A DNA stretch of 64,000 nucleotides, from contig NC_134032.1 in the NCBI RefSeq assembly GCF_964204645.1, positions 930,001 to 994,000 of the forward strand. Reading direction: 5' to 3'. The position numbers were made by a program, and so were the translations under genes. The stretch comes from Tubulanus polymorphus (taxonomy: Eukaryota; Animalia; Nemertea). Of this stretch, positions 22,214 through 36,670 are shown piece by piece. The notes under the pieces are model-generated. The model was not told the DNA's origin. It searched no databases and saw only the letters and a program-made list of their open reading frames with translations. Position 1 is the first letter of the stretch; the number at the start of each line of letters is the position of its first letter.

Positions 22214-24456
22214 GGTGGAACTTTGTTATCGGACTCGGATTTAAGGGAACCAGTGGCGGATCCAGCCTACCACTCGAGAATTCCTGCCGCACATTTTCAA
22301 CGCAGTCAATATTTGCCTGCATGTGACTTTACACATGCTTGTCTGTCGGATTGTTTCATTATCTCCCCCTATGACGTCATTACTATACCCTACAGATTAT
22401 GAAATGGACGAATCTAGGACAATTGCCTCCACCCGGGAATAAAATCCTTTTGATTTGGATTAACACCACGTAAATACTTTACTTAGAAAATCATTTGTAT
22501 ATTATTGAATATATATTTATAAGATAGAATTACTGATGTTGCGTGCAGATCAAAAACTTGAAATCTGTCCTTGTGTAATTATAATTCACTTACCAGATTA
22601 AAGGAAACTTAATTAGTCCACTTATTAGTGCATTAGTTAACGTTGGCTGATTCATCGGAATTAGTTTTAGCGTTACTTAAGCCAATCAAAAACTTTAAAT
22701 CAGTCCTAGAGTAATTAGATAATTAGTTAGAAATTAATATCTGCGTTACTTTAAGATTAAACAATTAGTTAAACTTAATTTCCGGTAGTCCACTTATTAG
22801 CGCATTAGTTAACGTTGGCCGATTTATTGGAATTAGTTTTAGTGTTGCTTAAGCCAATCAAAAACTTTAAATCAGTCCTAGAGTAATTAGCTGCGCTAAT
22901 TAGCTAGAGTAAGTTCGCTTTGTCTAATTAATTAGAAGTAAATATCTGTGTTACTTTAAGATTAAAACGATTTAATTTGGGGGACAATTGTCCCGATACC
23001 GAAATGGACCATTGCTGGGAAGATGGCTGCCTTCATAAATCCCCCTTATATCATCAAATACCCCCTGTAGATAATTGCAGAGGAGGCTGCCTCGACAAAT
23101 CCCCCTATGACATCATGAAATTGGCTGCATAGACCCTTCAAGAAAAGAATGTCGAGCAGAGACATTATCACTCGCAAAGAAAAATTGTTGTTCTCCATAT
23201 CATGTCATTGTTTACAATCATACAGTAGAAATGGCTGCTTCCATAAATCCCCCTATGACATCATCAATTCACTTCTGCAGTAAATACCTGTAATGTAACC
23301 AATAGACCGCAGGGGCGGAAGAATTCTCGATTAGATTGTCAGAAAATCAGGGCTGCTAACCCGGCCCCCACGCAGACAGGGACAGAAGGATATCTGATGA
23401 GGAACTTCGGATTTTTTCAAAATCAAAAGACGAAAAAAGCAATTTCCTTTTCCAAACCATTTTATTTTTCAACAAAAACCCGACCGATTTTTGAGTTCCG
23501 ATGCAACGAACAGATTACGTGTAGCATCGAGACATGACGCCAAATTAAGATCGGCGCCCTCTTTTATCGACTCTCTGAACAAAAAATACATTACGCGATG
23601 TACATTCAGATATTCAGCGCACTGTGGCATGTGTAGCAGACGCAATGAAAGAAAAATTCTCCTTTAAGCAATCGAAAAATTGGGTGACAAGAAAAAGATT
23701 TCTTCATTTCATACATCGTTTAAAATGTACAGAAGAATTTAACGAATCCTTGTCAGCGCGAAAATCGACTCCTTTATGCTCAAATTTAACTCAAAACCAG
23801 CTATTTAGTCTTTGAGTTCTAATAACAAGAAACTCATGACGATCACAGTTTAATGAGCGAAATTTGACAACTAGGGTCCAGTTCCACAGTTCTGAGTTAA
23901 GATTTGACTCAGGGTTAAAACATTGAAAATGAACTAACTTTAACTCAGAGTTAACTCTAACTCACAACTGTGGAACTGGGTCCAGTTCATTTGTAACAAG
24001 ATTTTGACCCAGAACTGCGGAGTCCAGGAGCCAGTTTTGGAACCAGTTGTTACTGTGATAATTGGGCTCAAAATCCTACGCCTAAAGCACTCTGGGCTAA
24101 AGGAGAATTGTTATCAATAACCGTCCAACATATCATATTTATAGGGGTCGGTCTCATCGAACCCGAGTAAGATGCAGTCTGCTGTAGTTCCTAACTTTTA
24201 CTTAGTACATGACACCAACGCGGGGTAATGATTTTACCAGTCTCAATTTTACCGCAGTATCAGACAGAATGAAGTACAATTCACAGATTCTTCAATTCAC
24301 ACATTCAGAATCGAATTTTTGCCCCCATCCATGATAAGAATTTTTCTGCATTTTTCTATCAGATTGAGTTGCATCCGAAAAACGATATAATATTACATTA
24401 AAAAAAAAAAATCGACGAAAATACCATCTTCGCGAAATTCAAATCTATCGAAATAT

Positions 24457-27400
24457 TTAACCTAAAGTTTCCGCCTGTCGCACGCGTAACACGACCGGTA
24501 CAGACGTGCACGGTATCATTCCTTTCTCCGTGACGACCATCGTGACGAACTCGGGCGGCGTAACGTCGTACGCCAGGTTCAACAGGTGCAGGTTGGCGTC
24601 GTCTTTCCAGTGCGATAGCGAATTCGTTTTCCGCTGCGTGTCGACGAGGTCGTTCGGGTCGCCTGAAAAAAATAAAACACGAAACCGATTAATGAGAAAG
24701 TTTTCGTCGGTATTCTGCGCGAATAACTTTTAATAAAATTTTAGGATCGTTTTCGAAGAATTCTTCCTCAGCGGGGATTTCAAAGTCGATGGCGTCGCTC
24801 CAGCCCCGTTACAAACCCCTGCCTGATAAACCCCAGCGCGTATGTACTAATGTCTATTTATCAATTGATGAGACCTGTTTTTCTGGGATATTTTGCTTAC
24901 TTTTTGGGGTACATACCTCATTTACATCTTAACAGAATGCCAAAAATCGCGGACAACAACTGAATATCCGATATTATTCCAGTTCCGTACCAATTAGAAG
25001 GATTGCTAAAAAGTCTCCTTTAATTCAGTTGTATGGGAGAGAAAATCCTCCATTTTGTGAAATTTCTTGGATTTGAACATTATTGTTAACATGCCTACGA
25101 AATGAGGTCTCATCCATTAATAAATAGACATTAGCCCGTGAAGCCATGAGGTCATTATAAACAGCTACAGTCAAAGCCTGTCACCGTCATAACGGACTTT
25201 GTAATAACAAACCACATTAGCCTGGGTTATTCCATTTATTACTGCGAATTTTCCTCAGCAATCTTGTGATGCCATCAGGTTCGAATCCCTGCCGAGGGGG
25301 GGGGACGCTTTGAAGTGGATTCTATTTTGCGAATCCAAGTATCACCAAACTGGACCTAACTGAGTATACCTCATTACTTAGTAGCGGAGGACATGATGAA
25401 TAATTGCGTTTGATTATTAATAAGTGTGTAATCACACCCAGAGACCCCCTAAATCTGCCCCTCCCCCCCGGAGACCCGTACTCACCTAATTCATTGGATA
25501 CGAACGAATCGGTTTGAACTCGTTCGCAGAATTTATACGTCTCGCAGCAGACGATCACCGGAACGTTGTACGACTTGGCGACGAGCGAGATCTGCGACGT
25601 ACCGACGCGTGACATCACGTAGCCGTTAGCCAATAACGCGTGAGCGCCGAGAAATACTTTAGTGGCCTGAAAAATGATAGCATAGCACGTTACAGACGCT
25701 CCACATTCTGCTGAGTCATTCAGTTAATTCTATATTTTTGTTATGGTACTTTTGTTTTGATATGGTGCTAGCGTTAACCCTTTCAGTGCTGACTAATCAA
25801 TACCCTATAGTGCTGGAGATAATTTGAAAATTCTGAAAAATTCCGCCCTAGTGTGTTGAATAAAGGGAATACCACTATAGTGAGTCTACACCGCGGTGCG
25901 GTGTATCGTTAGTTACTAGTATTTCACTATGTTTAACAGGTGCTGCTATCTTTCATGAGATAAAAACTAATTACCAATTACACCAATACACCGCAGTGTA
26001 CTAGCAAAATCTATCACTGATTCATACATCCCACTGCGGTGTAGACGCACTGAAAGGGTTAACTGTTCAATTTTCTTGATTTTTGTTAGGCCTGCATAGA
26101 TTGTACATATGTTTACCTATTCTTTGCAAATAAATATAGTGAAATGAATTGAAATTGCTAAGTTTTTAGTCACACCATTCAACATTTCTATTTATTCAGT
26201 GAGGAGATTTATTCGTTTATTACTTCTCGTCGGAAATGAGAAACTAAGTATATTTCTAAGGCTGAAAAAATTGATACCTTGTTATTCCTTTCTACTGAGC
26301 TTAAAAGTTGACCCGGTCGCCTATCTACCCAGTACTTTACTTAGTCAAGCTTACAATAACAGACCCGGCAGTTAAAGAAACCAACTGATTATAAATTCTA
26401 ACGCAGCAGTTTTCAAAATGACCCGGCCGATTAGGAGAAACAAGGTATCATTTAATATTAGCCATATATTTGCCTTTCTATTTTAGCCTAACCAAATTTA
26501 GACTGATAATCTGGGGCCAGTTGCATAGTCGAGGCTTAGACTTACTTAAGACCAGTCTAAGACTATTTTCATTCTATAGCCAATCTAACAACTTCAGATC
26601 AGTCTTAAGATTCGAGACCACTGTTGGACTTAACCTCTTCGCTATCATGCGTGACGTATATTTGAATATATTCATTTACTACAATTGCTGGTGCGGTGAG
26701 TCACTACGCAGCTGGTGTATAGACGTACTAAATGATCGTCCGCTTCAGTTTAGTTACACCGTTTACTCATAGATGGCGAATCTGTGCCTCAAATACTGAA
26801 CTGAATCGAAAATAAATATGAATATGGGAAAAATGCTCTGGTGAGGGGCGTTACATCAACTATGGTAGCGAAGAGGTTAAGACTATTTCCGTTCTATAGC
26901 CAATCTAACAACTCGAGATCAGTCTTAAAATTCGAGACCATTTTTGGACGCAAGTCATAACCGTGAAACTGGGCCCGGAATCAAAGTCCTCGATCGAGAC
27001 CATGATGTAGATATATACCGACTTACTTCTTGCATTACGTAAGAGGCAGCGTTGATGAGAACGTATGAACAGTTGATGCCGTGTTTCACTAATCTGCGCA
27101 GCTGTTCCTTGCCTTCGAATTTCGGCCGTCCGTCGACGACGATCACGCGGAACTTTTTACCGCTGTTCGACGCGTCGCACAAAACCTTCTTGATGACGGA
27201 CGAACTACAAAACAAATCGGTCAGAAAAACGTAGCTGTCAATCAATCCGTTTCTGTAGCCCCACCCCCTCGGAAGTCTGGACGAACGAAAACATTTTTCA
27301 CAAACGTTGAATGTACGTCTAAAATTCACGGTTCCAACACGACTTCCGAATTCGTTTTCAAAGTGTCCGTTGTGGTGATTTCAAAACACGCAAAGGTACC

Positions 27401-30400
27401 GATATAAATACGAAAATTTAGATATTCGATATATTCGATGTATTCGACTCCCCCTGGTGGTGAGAACTAAACTATCATACGGCGGTCGAGAAGTGAAAAC
27501 TTAATCGAAATCTAGAGGCGAATTTATCGCGTCAAATTAAATCCGATTTCGAGTAAAAATCGTTTTTATCCTGGCATAATCAAATTTGATTTGGTCTAAT
27601 TTTTTAATTTTAACTCGGTTTCAAATTCAAATCGATTTGTCAAATCATCAAATCACCTCCGGAGGTGATTTGATACGATTTGAAGATGGTGGACTCAGAA
27701 ATTTTTTTTCTTAAAAAAACTGATATAAAATGGTCAAAACTGAAAGAGACACTGAAACTCGTTCGTAGGAAATAATATTTAAAAAACCAGGGCAGTATAT
27801 TTTCTAGTCAGCCGTTTGGATCAAGGCGTCAAATTCATCTTGTTGTGCAAATCTTATTTCAATAGATTACACGTGACTAACAAATTACGATTAGGAAAAT
27901 CAGATCTGATTTGACGAGATAAATTCGCCTTCGATCTCGGGGGGTTTTGTAATAGAAAACTTGGTCAAAGGCCTAGGTTCACTCACCAGCCGTAGACGAG
28001 TATCACATCACCGTCCTCTATTTTTTCGATACAAGATTTTGAAATGGCTTCTCCGGCCAACAGAATCTTCTCTTGCAGGAAATTATTCAAACACTCGTAC
28101 AGTCGACGTTTAGCCTGAAATAAGATTAAATTAATATCTACACAATCCACAATAATCGAACAACGATACTTCAACAAACCTACGATCATTTTATGACCAT
28201 CTGAGTTCGAAACGGAATCTAACAAGAAGATTTTAGTTAGGGATCATTCATTTATTACGTACGCATAAAATTTGAATTTTTCAACCCCCCCTCCCCCTCT
28301 GTACGCAAAATCAGCCATTTTTTCATATACATTAAGCATTACAGTACGCAATCGCACTGACCCCTCCCCTCTCCCCTAATGCGTACGTAATAAATGAATG
28401 ATCCCTTAGTTACCTAATCATCGGTGGTAAGCTTTTTATAATCGAATGGGCTTACACCAATGAATGTGGTTTGTGATAATATTACCAAAGCCCTTATACA
28501 AACGCCCGATGTCGATTGTGAACATACGCAATCGTGAAACTAAATCACAGACAGGTTACTGACTAGTAAGATATCAGACCACTCCTGAACTGAAGTCACG
28601 ACTGTGCAAACGGGCTGTAGAATAGCTCAGTTGATTTACTAACCCTCTCCCCCTCGTACCATCTCGGTACTTATTTCATTGAATTCCCGTCAAAACCTGT
28701 TTATCACGAACAACACTTTCTCTTTCGGCCGTCCACAAGATTCCAATAAACGAATTTCCACAGTACATTATTCCCTCGACACAAATGTACTATTTAAACG
28801 CTCGCTTATGGAATTCGAGTGCAAGTTCAGTGGATTCGAGGGTAATTTTCACGGTACTTCGGTGACTTTAATTTTCAATTATTTTCTGGGACTGTTGCCG
28901 AGACTCACCTCCGTATCGGACATATTCGCCGGCGTGTGAGTAATGTGCCATTTGATGTACTTGATCGCGGTTCCCATACTGACCGATAGGGGACGACACT
29001 GGTTTATAAAACTGAAAAGTCGAAACGGAAACGTATTAAAGGATATTTCAGAACCGTTTCAAATATCAGGACCTCAGAAAATCAATCGACGCGCTAGACA
29101 TATTAGGACATTTTCACTAAGTATTCATTCACACTTCACGTGCGTTCAAGACTTCACACGAGACATCTATAATCGAAAATGAACTACAAACACCAGACAT
29201 TAAACATGTCATCAGCACACTTTAACCCTTTCAGTGCGTCTACACCGCACCGCGGTGTATGAATCGGTGATGGATTTTGCTAGTACATCGCACTGCGGTG
29301 TATTGATGTAATTAGTAATTATCTCTCTTGAAAAATGGCAACTGTCAAACATAGTGAAATACTAGTAACTAACGATACACCGCACCGCGGTGTAGACGCA
29401 CTATAATGCTTTTCCCATTATTCAACACACTACGGTGGAATTTTCCCAAATTTTCACATTTTCTCCAGCACTATAGGGTATTAATTAGTCAGCACGGAAA
29501 GGGTTAAAAGTATTGTATTGTCCATACTTCATACATACAGATGAGTGTTGCACACTTTATACAAAACGATGATTGACCTTTTAAAGGTTTCAATTGTTTC
29601 TAAAGTCCATCGTCCCAAGATTTCAATTCGGATCTCACCTGATGTTAGGTTTGAGTTTAGCCTCGAGATCTCTGGCGAGCTCTTTTTGCGGAGGCGTCGA
29701 GTAGTCGGCTATGTATTGTTTGATAGCTCCCAGTAATGCTATACACCTGGCGTTCGAACCGCAGATAACGCCCTCCGCGTACTGAACTCCGAGTTTTAAA
29801 AACGCCGGATGAATTCCTCCGGATGCGAACCTACCGAGAATACAGAAATAGAAATACATCGGTTACGCTAAAAAAAAATTCATTCATTTTTCATCGAATC
29901 GCGCACTGATAAAGAACCAAACAAATCATTCAAAAGCATTATCTAAACTCGCTAAGTTTTCCAGATTTTTGGTAAAATCTGTCAAATTTCCCGCGTTTAA
30001 CCCGTCCAATTTTTCTAGATTTTCCTGATTCCCTTCCGGATAAATTTGTCAAATTCCGTGAGTTAACCCCAATCTTTTTCGAAATTTTTTCCGATTCCCC
30101 GAGTTTTCCACAGATCAGTGGCGCCACCCCGTTTTATCCGACCCCGCCCCGCGTATTCAGAAATCGATCTTTCACGTACGATAGTCCTTGCGTGATTTTA
30201 TGGGCCTTGTCGTACTGATGGAGGTGGCTGAACAGACCGACTTTCTTCTGCGTCGTCTGCCTCAACGGTATGTCCTGACGCTGTAGTTTTTTCGCGAGAC
30301 GTTTCTGACTGTCGACGTCGTCGGCCCGCATCAGATCGGGAACTCGCTTCTCCGATTTCTGCTGCTTCGGCGTTCCTGAGAGAAGATAGAAGATGTGCAA

Positions 30401-31748
30401 TAACTTTAGACAGACACAATAATACAAGAAGAGAGGAAACGTCAAACGTCCCATTTAGTCCCACATCTCTCCTTGGTCCCACAATTTCTTTCACACCTCA
30501 TTGGTCCCACAAATCCCATAATTCATCCCACGTTCCATTTAGTCCCACATCTCCATGATCCCACAATTTCTTTCACATCTCATTAGTCCCACATCTTGTA
30601 AGTCTCCCACATCCCATAATTCATTCCACGTCCCATTAGTCCCACATCTCCTTGGTCCCACAATTTATCTAACTTGATTATCTAAGTTCATTACACACAT
30701 TCACCAAGGGTCGGGGTATTAGATCGTCACAGTTGAAATTGACTCAATAATATACCTACCAGCCGGCGGCCCATCTTTCTTGGCTTGTTTGGCCGCTCGC
30801 TGGGCTTCCTAAAAGTAAAATAGCGAAACTCTACAAAGCCAGGTCAAAAATTTGAAATGAGGGATAACGTTGATGATGACGCCCGGTGGCTGGTATTATA
30901 GATTGATATCTACTTTAAACCCAGGGCCAGTCGCATCTAGTCACATGAGACCAATCTCAGACCAGCTTAGTTCTATCTTGGAGTATTACTCCAAGGTTCT
31001 ATAGCCAATCTAACAACTTAAAACCAGTTTGAAGATTTAAGACCACTCTTACAGATCAGTCATTCCTGGATATAAGGAGTTTTAAAAGCAGAAATATTTC
31101 ATAATAACTTTGAATAACGGGAAAGCCACTATAGTGCGTCTACACCGCGGTGCAGTGTATCGTTAGGTACTAATATTTCTCTATGTTTGACTGGTGCTAC
31201 CATTTTTCAATAGAAATAATTACTAATTAAATCAATACACCGCAGTGCGGTGTACTAGCAAAATCCATCACTGATTTATACAGCGCACTGTGGTGTAGAT
31301 GCACTGAAAGGGTTAAACTCTGTTTCTAATTCAGTAACCGCATAATACGGTAACAAAAAGCTCCTGGCTTCAACTGCACTGATTTAGGCGTAGTCTAAAT
31401 GTACATCATCTAAAGCCACTAACGGCCTATTCCTCAAAATTGAAGGAGTTTTAAAGGGTTTTTTCAGACATTTCGCTCGAACCAAGCAGTTTCAAGGGGG
31501 ATATCTTCAAAAGCGTTTTGCGTTTAGAAGGAGATTTTAAAGAATCAAGGCGTCGTAGAAAGCCTGTAATAAAACCGGGACCAGGTTAGGGATGAGTTTG
31601 GCTACTGCATCAAATCATAGTTAAGAGCGCCATGCCCGAGGTTGCCGTGAGAGTGATATCTATTTTAAGACACTGCGGTATTGATAATATGTTTTATTCA
31701 ATGTCGTTACGCCGCGAGGCTCGACGACAAATTAATGTAACGATTATT

Positions 31749-31826
<78 letters not shown>

Positions 31827-34800
31827 AGAAGTGAGAGAGAACTACCGTAAACCAGTAAGAAAAAAAAAAAATTTGCTGGCACCGTTACAGAAACCGAATG
31901 CGATACGTGTCAGCTGAGGATCGATTGAAAACTTTCATGTGCTAATACGTTAAATGCGCCAATGTCGATTCGGTTTCATTGTTGCGAAACATTTGTTCGA
32001 AGTTGCGCAATTGCAAAAAAAAAACTCTGTCACCTGAATCAACTCAAAATGTGGCGCGAGGTTTTTATTTGACTTTTGCAAGTTCACAGTCGGCGTCGTT
32101 ATTGAGTAGTGAGGCCTATATAAGAGTTTAATGGAGGTGGTGAGGGAATGAGGTCGGGATGAGAGGACTAAAGGTGACATAGACGTTTAAGAGAGGGAGA
32201 GTGAGGGTCAAGATACAGATAGCACTAGAAGAGAGTGGAGAGGGAGGAGTGGGGTTAGAGAGACAGCAAGGAAAGAGAGAGAGAGGAGAGTGGGGTTAGA
32301 GAGACAGCATGGAAAGAAGAGAGAGAGTGGAGAGGGAGGAGTGGGGTTAGAGAGACAGCAAGGAAAGAGAGAGAGAGGAGAATGGGGTTAGAGAGACAGC
32401 ATGGAAAGAAGAGAGAGAGTGGAGAGGGAGGAGTGGGGTTAGAGAGACAGCATGGAAAGAGAGAGAGAGTGGAGAGGGAGGAGTGGGGTTAGAGAGACAG
32501 CAAGGAAAGAGAGAGAGAGGAGAGTGGAGAGTGGGGTTAGAGAGACAGCATGGAAAGAAGAGAGAGAGTGGAGAGGGAGGAGTGGGGTTAGAGAGACAGC
32601 ATGAAAAGAGAGAGGGAGGAGAGTGGAGAGTGGGGTTAGAGAGACAGCATGGAAAGAGAGAGAGAGGAGAGTGGGGTTAGAGAGACAGCATGGAAAGAAG
32701 AGAGAGAGTGGAGAGGGAGGAGTGGGGTTAGAGAGACAGCAAGGAAAGAGAGAGAGAGGAGAGTGGGGTTAGAGAGACAGCATGGAAAGAAGAGAGAGAG
32801 TGGAGAGGGAGGAGTGGGGTTAGAGAGACAGCAAGGAAAGAGAGAGAGAGGAGAGTGGGGTTAGAGAGACAGCATGGAAAGAAGAGAGAGAGTGGAGAGG
32901 GAGGAGTGGGGTTAGAGAGACAGCATGGAAAGAAGAGAGAGAGTGGAGAGGGAGGAGTGGGGTTAGAGAGACAGCATGAAAAGAGAGAGGGAGGAGAGTG
33001 GAGAGTGGGGTTAGAGAGACAGCATGGAAAGAGAGAGGGAGGAGAGTGGAGAGTGGGGTTAGAGAGACAGCATGGAAAGAGAGAGGGAGGAGAGTGGAGA
33101 GTGGGGTTAGAGAGACAGCATGGAAAGAGAGAGGGAGGAGAGAGGAGAGTGGGGTTAGAGAGACAGCATGGAAAGAGAGAGAGAGGAGAGTGGGGTTAGA
33201 GAGACAGCATGGAAAGAGAGAGAGTGGAGAGGGAGGAGTGGGGTTAGAGAGACAGCATGGAAAGAGAGAGGAGAGAGTGGAGAGGGAGGAGTGGGGTTAG
33301 AGAGACAGCATGGAAAGAGAGAGGAGAGTGGAGAGGGAGGAGTGGGGTTAGAGAGACAGCATGGAAAGAGAGAGGGAGGAGAGTGGAGAGGGAGGAGTGG
33401 GGTTAGAGAGACAGCATGGAAAGAGAGCGGAAGGAGAGTGGAGAGGGAGGAGTGGGGTTAGAGAGACAGCATGGAAAGAGAGAGGAAGGAGAGTGGAGAG
33501 GGAGGAGTGGGGTTAGAGAGACAGCATGGAAAGAGAGAGGAGAGAGAGAAGAGAGGGAGGAGTGGGGTTAGAGAGACAGCATGGAAAGAGAGAGGGAGGA
33601 GAGTGGAGAGGGAGGAGTGGGGTTAGAGAGACAGCATGGAAAGAGAGAGGAGAGAGAGAAGAGAGGGAGGAGTGGGGTTAGAGAGACAGCATGGAAAGAG
33701 AGAGGGAGGAGAGTGGAGAGGGAGGAGTGGGGTTAGAGAGACAGCATGGAAAGAAGAGAGTAAGAGTGAATGGAAGTAAGAGAATGCGGAGAGAGGGGAT
33801 GGGAGGCCGTAAAATTATGGGAGGCCGTAAAGGGGAGGTATCACCTCTTTAAAATAGAGGTCGGTTTTGGCAGCCGCGATGTCAGGAGTTAAAAATAGAC
33901 TGACTTTAACAAACGCACACCCAAGGCGTGCGATATATTTGAATCAATAAACCTTGAACTATCGACACGTATGTGCGTACGTGCATGCATGGTATGTGTC
34001 GCAATCGATGTAAGATCAACGCTTGTTTCCTGCCCAGAGGATATACAGCCGCGTACGCCCCCTTGCGAGAAACCTGCGAACTACGACGGAATTTCATACA
34101 TCGAATATCGCTTCACACCAAAAAGATACACGAGCAAATTTCGATTTATAATCGTAATCTATTGGACCAATCGACCTGTAACGTAACAGTATCGCAACTG
34201 TTTTTTTAGATCTTTTCTGTTAGGCTTACACTTTGTTAAACCCATGCTGACTACAGGGGCCAGTTGCACAGTCGTGACTTAAGTCCAAAAATGGTCTGGT
34301 CTTAAGTTGTTAGATTGGCTATAGAACTAAGATATTTTCTAGACTGGTCTTAAAGTCTAACCAATGACTATGCAACCGGCTTCAGGGGGCTGGTTGCACA
34401 GTCGTAACTTAAGCCCAAAATTGGTCTGAAATCTTAAGACTGGTTTTAAATTGTTAGATTGGCTATAGAACTAAGTTGGTCTTAGACTGGTCTTAAATCT
34501 AAGCCATGACTATGCAACTGGCCCCAGGTCTAACACGCGTATACGGGCTCCCTACAGATCGGTCGGTCGGTTCGGGATAAAATCTAAAGTCCAAATGAAG
34601 TCTCACCTCGTAACAGTACTTTTCCACTTACTTTCGCTTAGTTTGACAATCCAGAGGAGCGCTTTTGAATTATGTTTATTGAATAACGGCGCTTTATAAC
34701 GGCACATTATTATCATTATCATTCTGTTTAGAAGGAGGTTTTAAGGAATCGAGGGGTCGTAAGGACGCCATCTTCACCCGTCGACAATTCTAACCCGCTA

Positions 34801-35568
34801 AAGCCGTTCCCCGAACCCCTTGTCCTCGCGAGTCGTCAGGGCCGTTACCAGCCGACCAGAATCCAGTCGGGACCAATCACAGCGCTTGTAACAAACGACA
34901 TTAGGCTTCTGTCGGATTTCTCGTTAAATGGACTGATAAAAGAAGCCGCCCAATGGATGGTATTCAGCTAGTACATCGTACAAGGTAGCAGTGATTTTAT
35001 AGCACGAAAGATAAATGTCGCCTACCTGCAACGCTCTGCGTTCGGCCTTCATCTGGGCCTTTGATTTCTGAGGGGTATCCGCCGTCTGACCTTCACCTTG
35101 ACTCGATCCGTCTGCTGGCGCTATCGTTTTGCCGCCGTCTGTCGACAACTTTTTCGTCGACGCGTTCAAATTCTGCGAGCAAATTTATCGTAATCATATT
35201 TTCAGAACATGCGTTAAGAGACCGTTTAGCTAAAAATCGCCACAAATCTTTTGCAATTTCTAATAAATATCTCGACGAAAAGCTTCGGGTGAAATTTCTT
35301 TAAAAAAAATTTTCTAGAGAAATCCCAAGTAAAAAAACTTTTATATATAAACTATATAAAAAGTACAAACGATACTTACTTGGTCGGATTGAGTATTCTT
35401 CGGTTGCTTTTTATTTTTTGCTTGCTGTTTTTTGCCGCTGGTCGCGTTCTGCTGCTGCTGCTGCGCCCCGGGCGTTTTCTGATTCTTCTGCTGCAGCTGC
35501 GGCGGAGACGACGCATCCGTCTTCACCGATGCGACGACGTTGTGGTCGTGTTGGTTACTATTCGACAT
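24457..35568 (-). CDS. EIF2B4: Translation initiation factor eIF2B subunit delta
   Basis: Exons 35568(ATG; acceptor at 35597)-35380, 35172-35026, 30808-30760, 30375-30180, 29830-29639, 29011-28909, 28114-27987, 27204-27027, 25666-25486 and 24662-24457, all in phase. Motifs [36 protein letters not shown]...[67 protein letters not shown] and [10 protein letters not shown]...[10 protein letters not shown]. The start codon is tentative. Confidence 0.95.
24845..25134. mobile_element. Internally deleted copy of the foldback MITE seen at 41177-41728
   Basis: CTAATGTCTATTTAT...ATAAATAGACATTAG termini; the arm sequence is shared with the longer copy. Confidence 0.75.
25774..26062. mobile_element. piggyBac-like MITE (~285 bp, TTAA target site)
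   Basis: TTAA-CCCTTTCAGTGC...GCACTGAAAGGG-TTAA. Other copies at 29222-29507, ~31110-31316 (partial), 36382-36670, 43250-43550 and 46124-46456. Confidence 0.85.
26630..26880. mobile_element. Second piggyBac-like MITE, nested in a Harbinger-like MITE
   Basis: TTAA-CCTCTTCGCTA...TAGCGAAGAGG-TTAA. Confidence 0.75.
29222..29507. mobile_element. piggyBac-like MITE inserted into a 109-bp satellite monomer
   Basis: TTAA-flanked copy. Satellite sequence runs up to 29221 and resumes in degenerate form after 29507. Confidence 0.8.
31752..31823. repeat. (TA)n microsatellite
   Basis: About 36 TA units. Confidence 0.95.
32230..33755. repeat. Purine-rich variable-unit minisatellite in an EIF2B4 intron
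   Basis: Core GAGTGGGGTTAGAGAGACAGCATGGAAAGAGAGAG repeated about 30 times with variable GA-rich spacers. Confidence 0.95.
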
Positions 35569-36381
35569 CCCGACACCAGTCAGCGTTTGGTCGTCGACTG
35601 CGGAAAACGGAACCATACATTTCACCGACGATGAAAGCATTTTTTTTCTGAGCGGGGAAAAATTCGCGAAGAACAAAAAAAAGGAGGCGAATTTCGAGTC
35701 TTTTAAAACGCTTCGAATATTCGTAAATTTCTAAATCAGTAAGCAATTAAAAAAGCGTAGCTCAGTAAGTTAAAGCGTGATGCTCCGCTATCGAGAAACA
35801 AGCGGGTTTGATCCTGCTGGTGCAACACTTTAAATACCGCGATCCAATAGACAGGTTAAATGAACAATCCGATCGGGTTCAGTCTCTGGGAAACCAAGAT
35901 CCAAGCGACGTAGAGCCGATACAAACCAAACAACAGTTTTGAGATATCGATATCAGTTGAAATGGCTAATTAGTCCGAGTTAATTAGAAGAGCGCGATTA
36001 TATTAATTAGCCGATAATCCAATTAATAGCCAGTGCGAGTAGATATGTATGTTTACAAGCCGGTATGCATTACGTTGAGATCGGTTTGGGATCGAACAAC
36101 TGAATGCATCGTCCCCGTAACTATCATCTACCAGCAGACGTGAAAACACGATCGACCAATCACGCAACGGTAATCTCAACCGACGCCCATATTCAATCAG
36201 AGTCATTCATTCAATACGCAACTGAATGGAATCCATTCACTCAAATCTAGGCTGAATGGAAATTCTTTTTTCGCGGGGTTCTAGAATGTTCCGCCCGATG
36301 ATTTCATTTGGCCGAAAAGGGGGCCCGAATTTTAGAAAATATCTCAAGCCCTTAATTTTACCGTTCAACATTATATTTGGT

Positions 36382-36670
36382 TTAACCCTTTCAGTGCGTC
36401 TACACCGCAGTGTGGTGTACGAATCAGTGATGGATTTTGCTAGTACACCGCACTGCGATGTATTGATTTAATTAGTAATTATCTCTATTGAAAGATGGCA
36501 GCACCTGTCAAACATAGTGAAATATTAGTAACTAACGATACACTGCACCGCGGTGTAGACGCACTATAGTGGTATTCCCGTTACTCAACACACTAGGGTG
36601 GAATTTTTCAGAATTTTCAAATTATCTCCAGCACTGTAGGGTATTAATTAGTCAGCACTGAAAGGGTTAA
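36382..36670. mobile_element. piggyBac-like MITE
   Basis: TTAA-CCCTTTCAGTGC...GCACTGAAAGGG-TTAA. Confidence 0.85.

Noticed and set aside
32483-33461. Glu/Arg/Gly-rich ORFs and telomere-like GGGGTTAG
   Set aside because: These come from minisatellite translation; there is no tandem TTAGGG tract.
16545-35568. DTWD1-EIF2B4 adjacency as a functional translation cluster
   Set aside because: They are convergent housekeeping genes with no evidence of co-regulation in the sequence.
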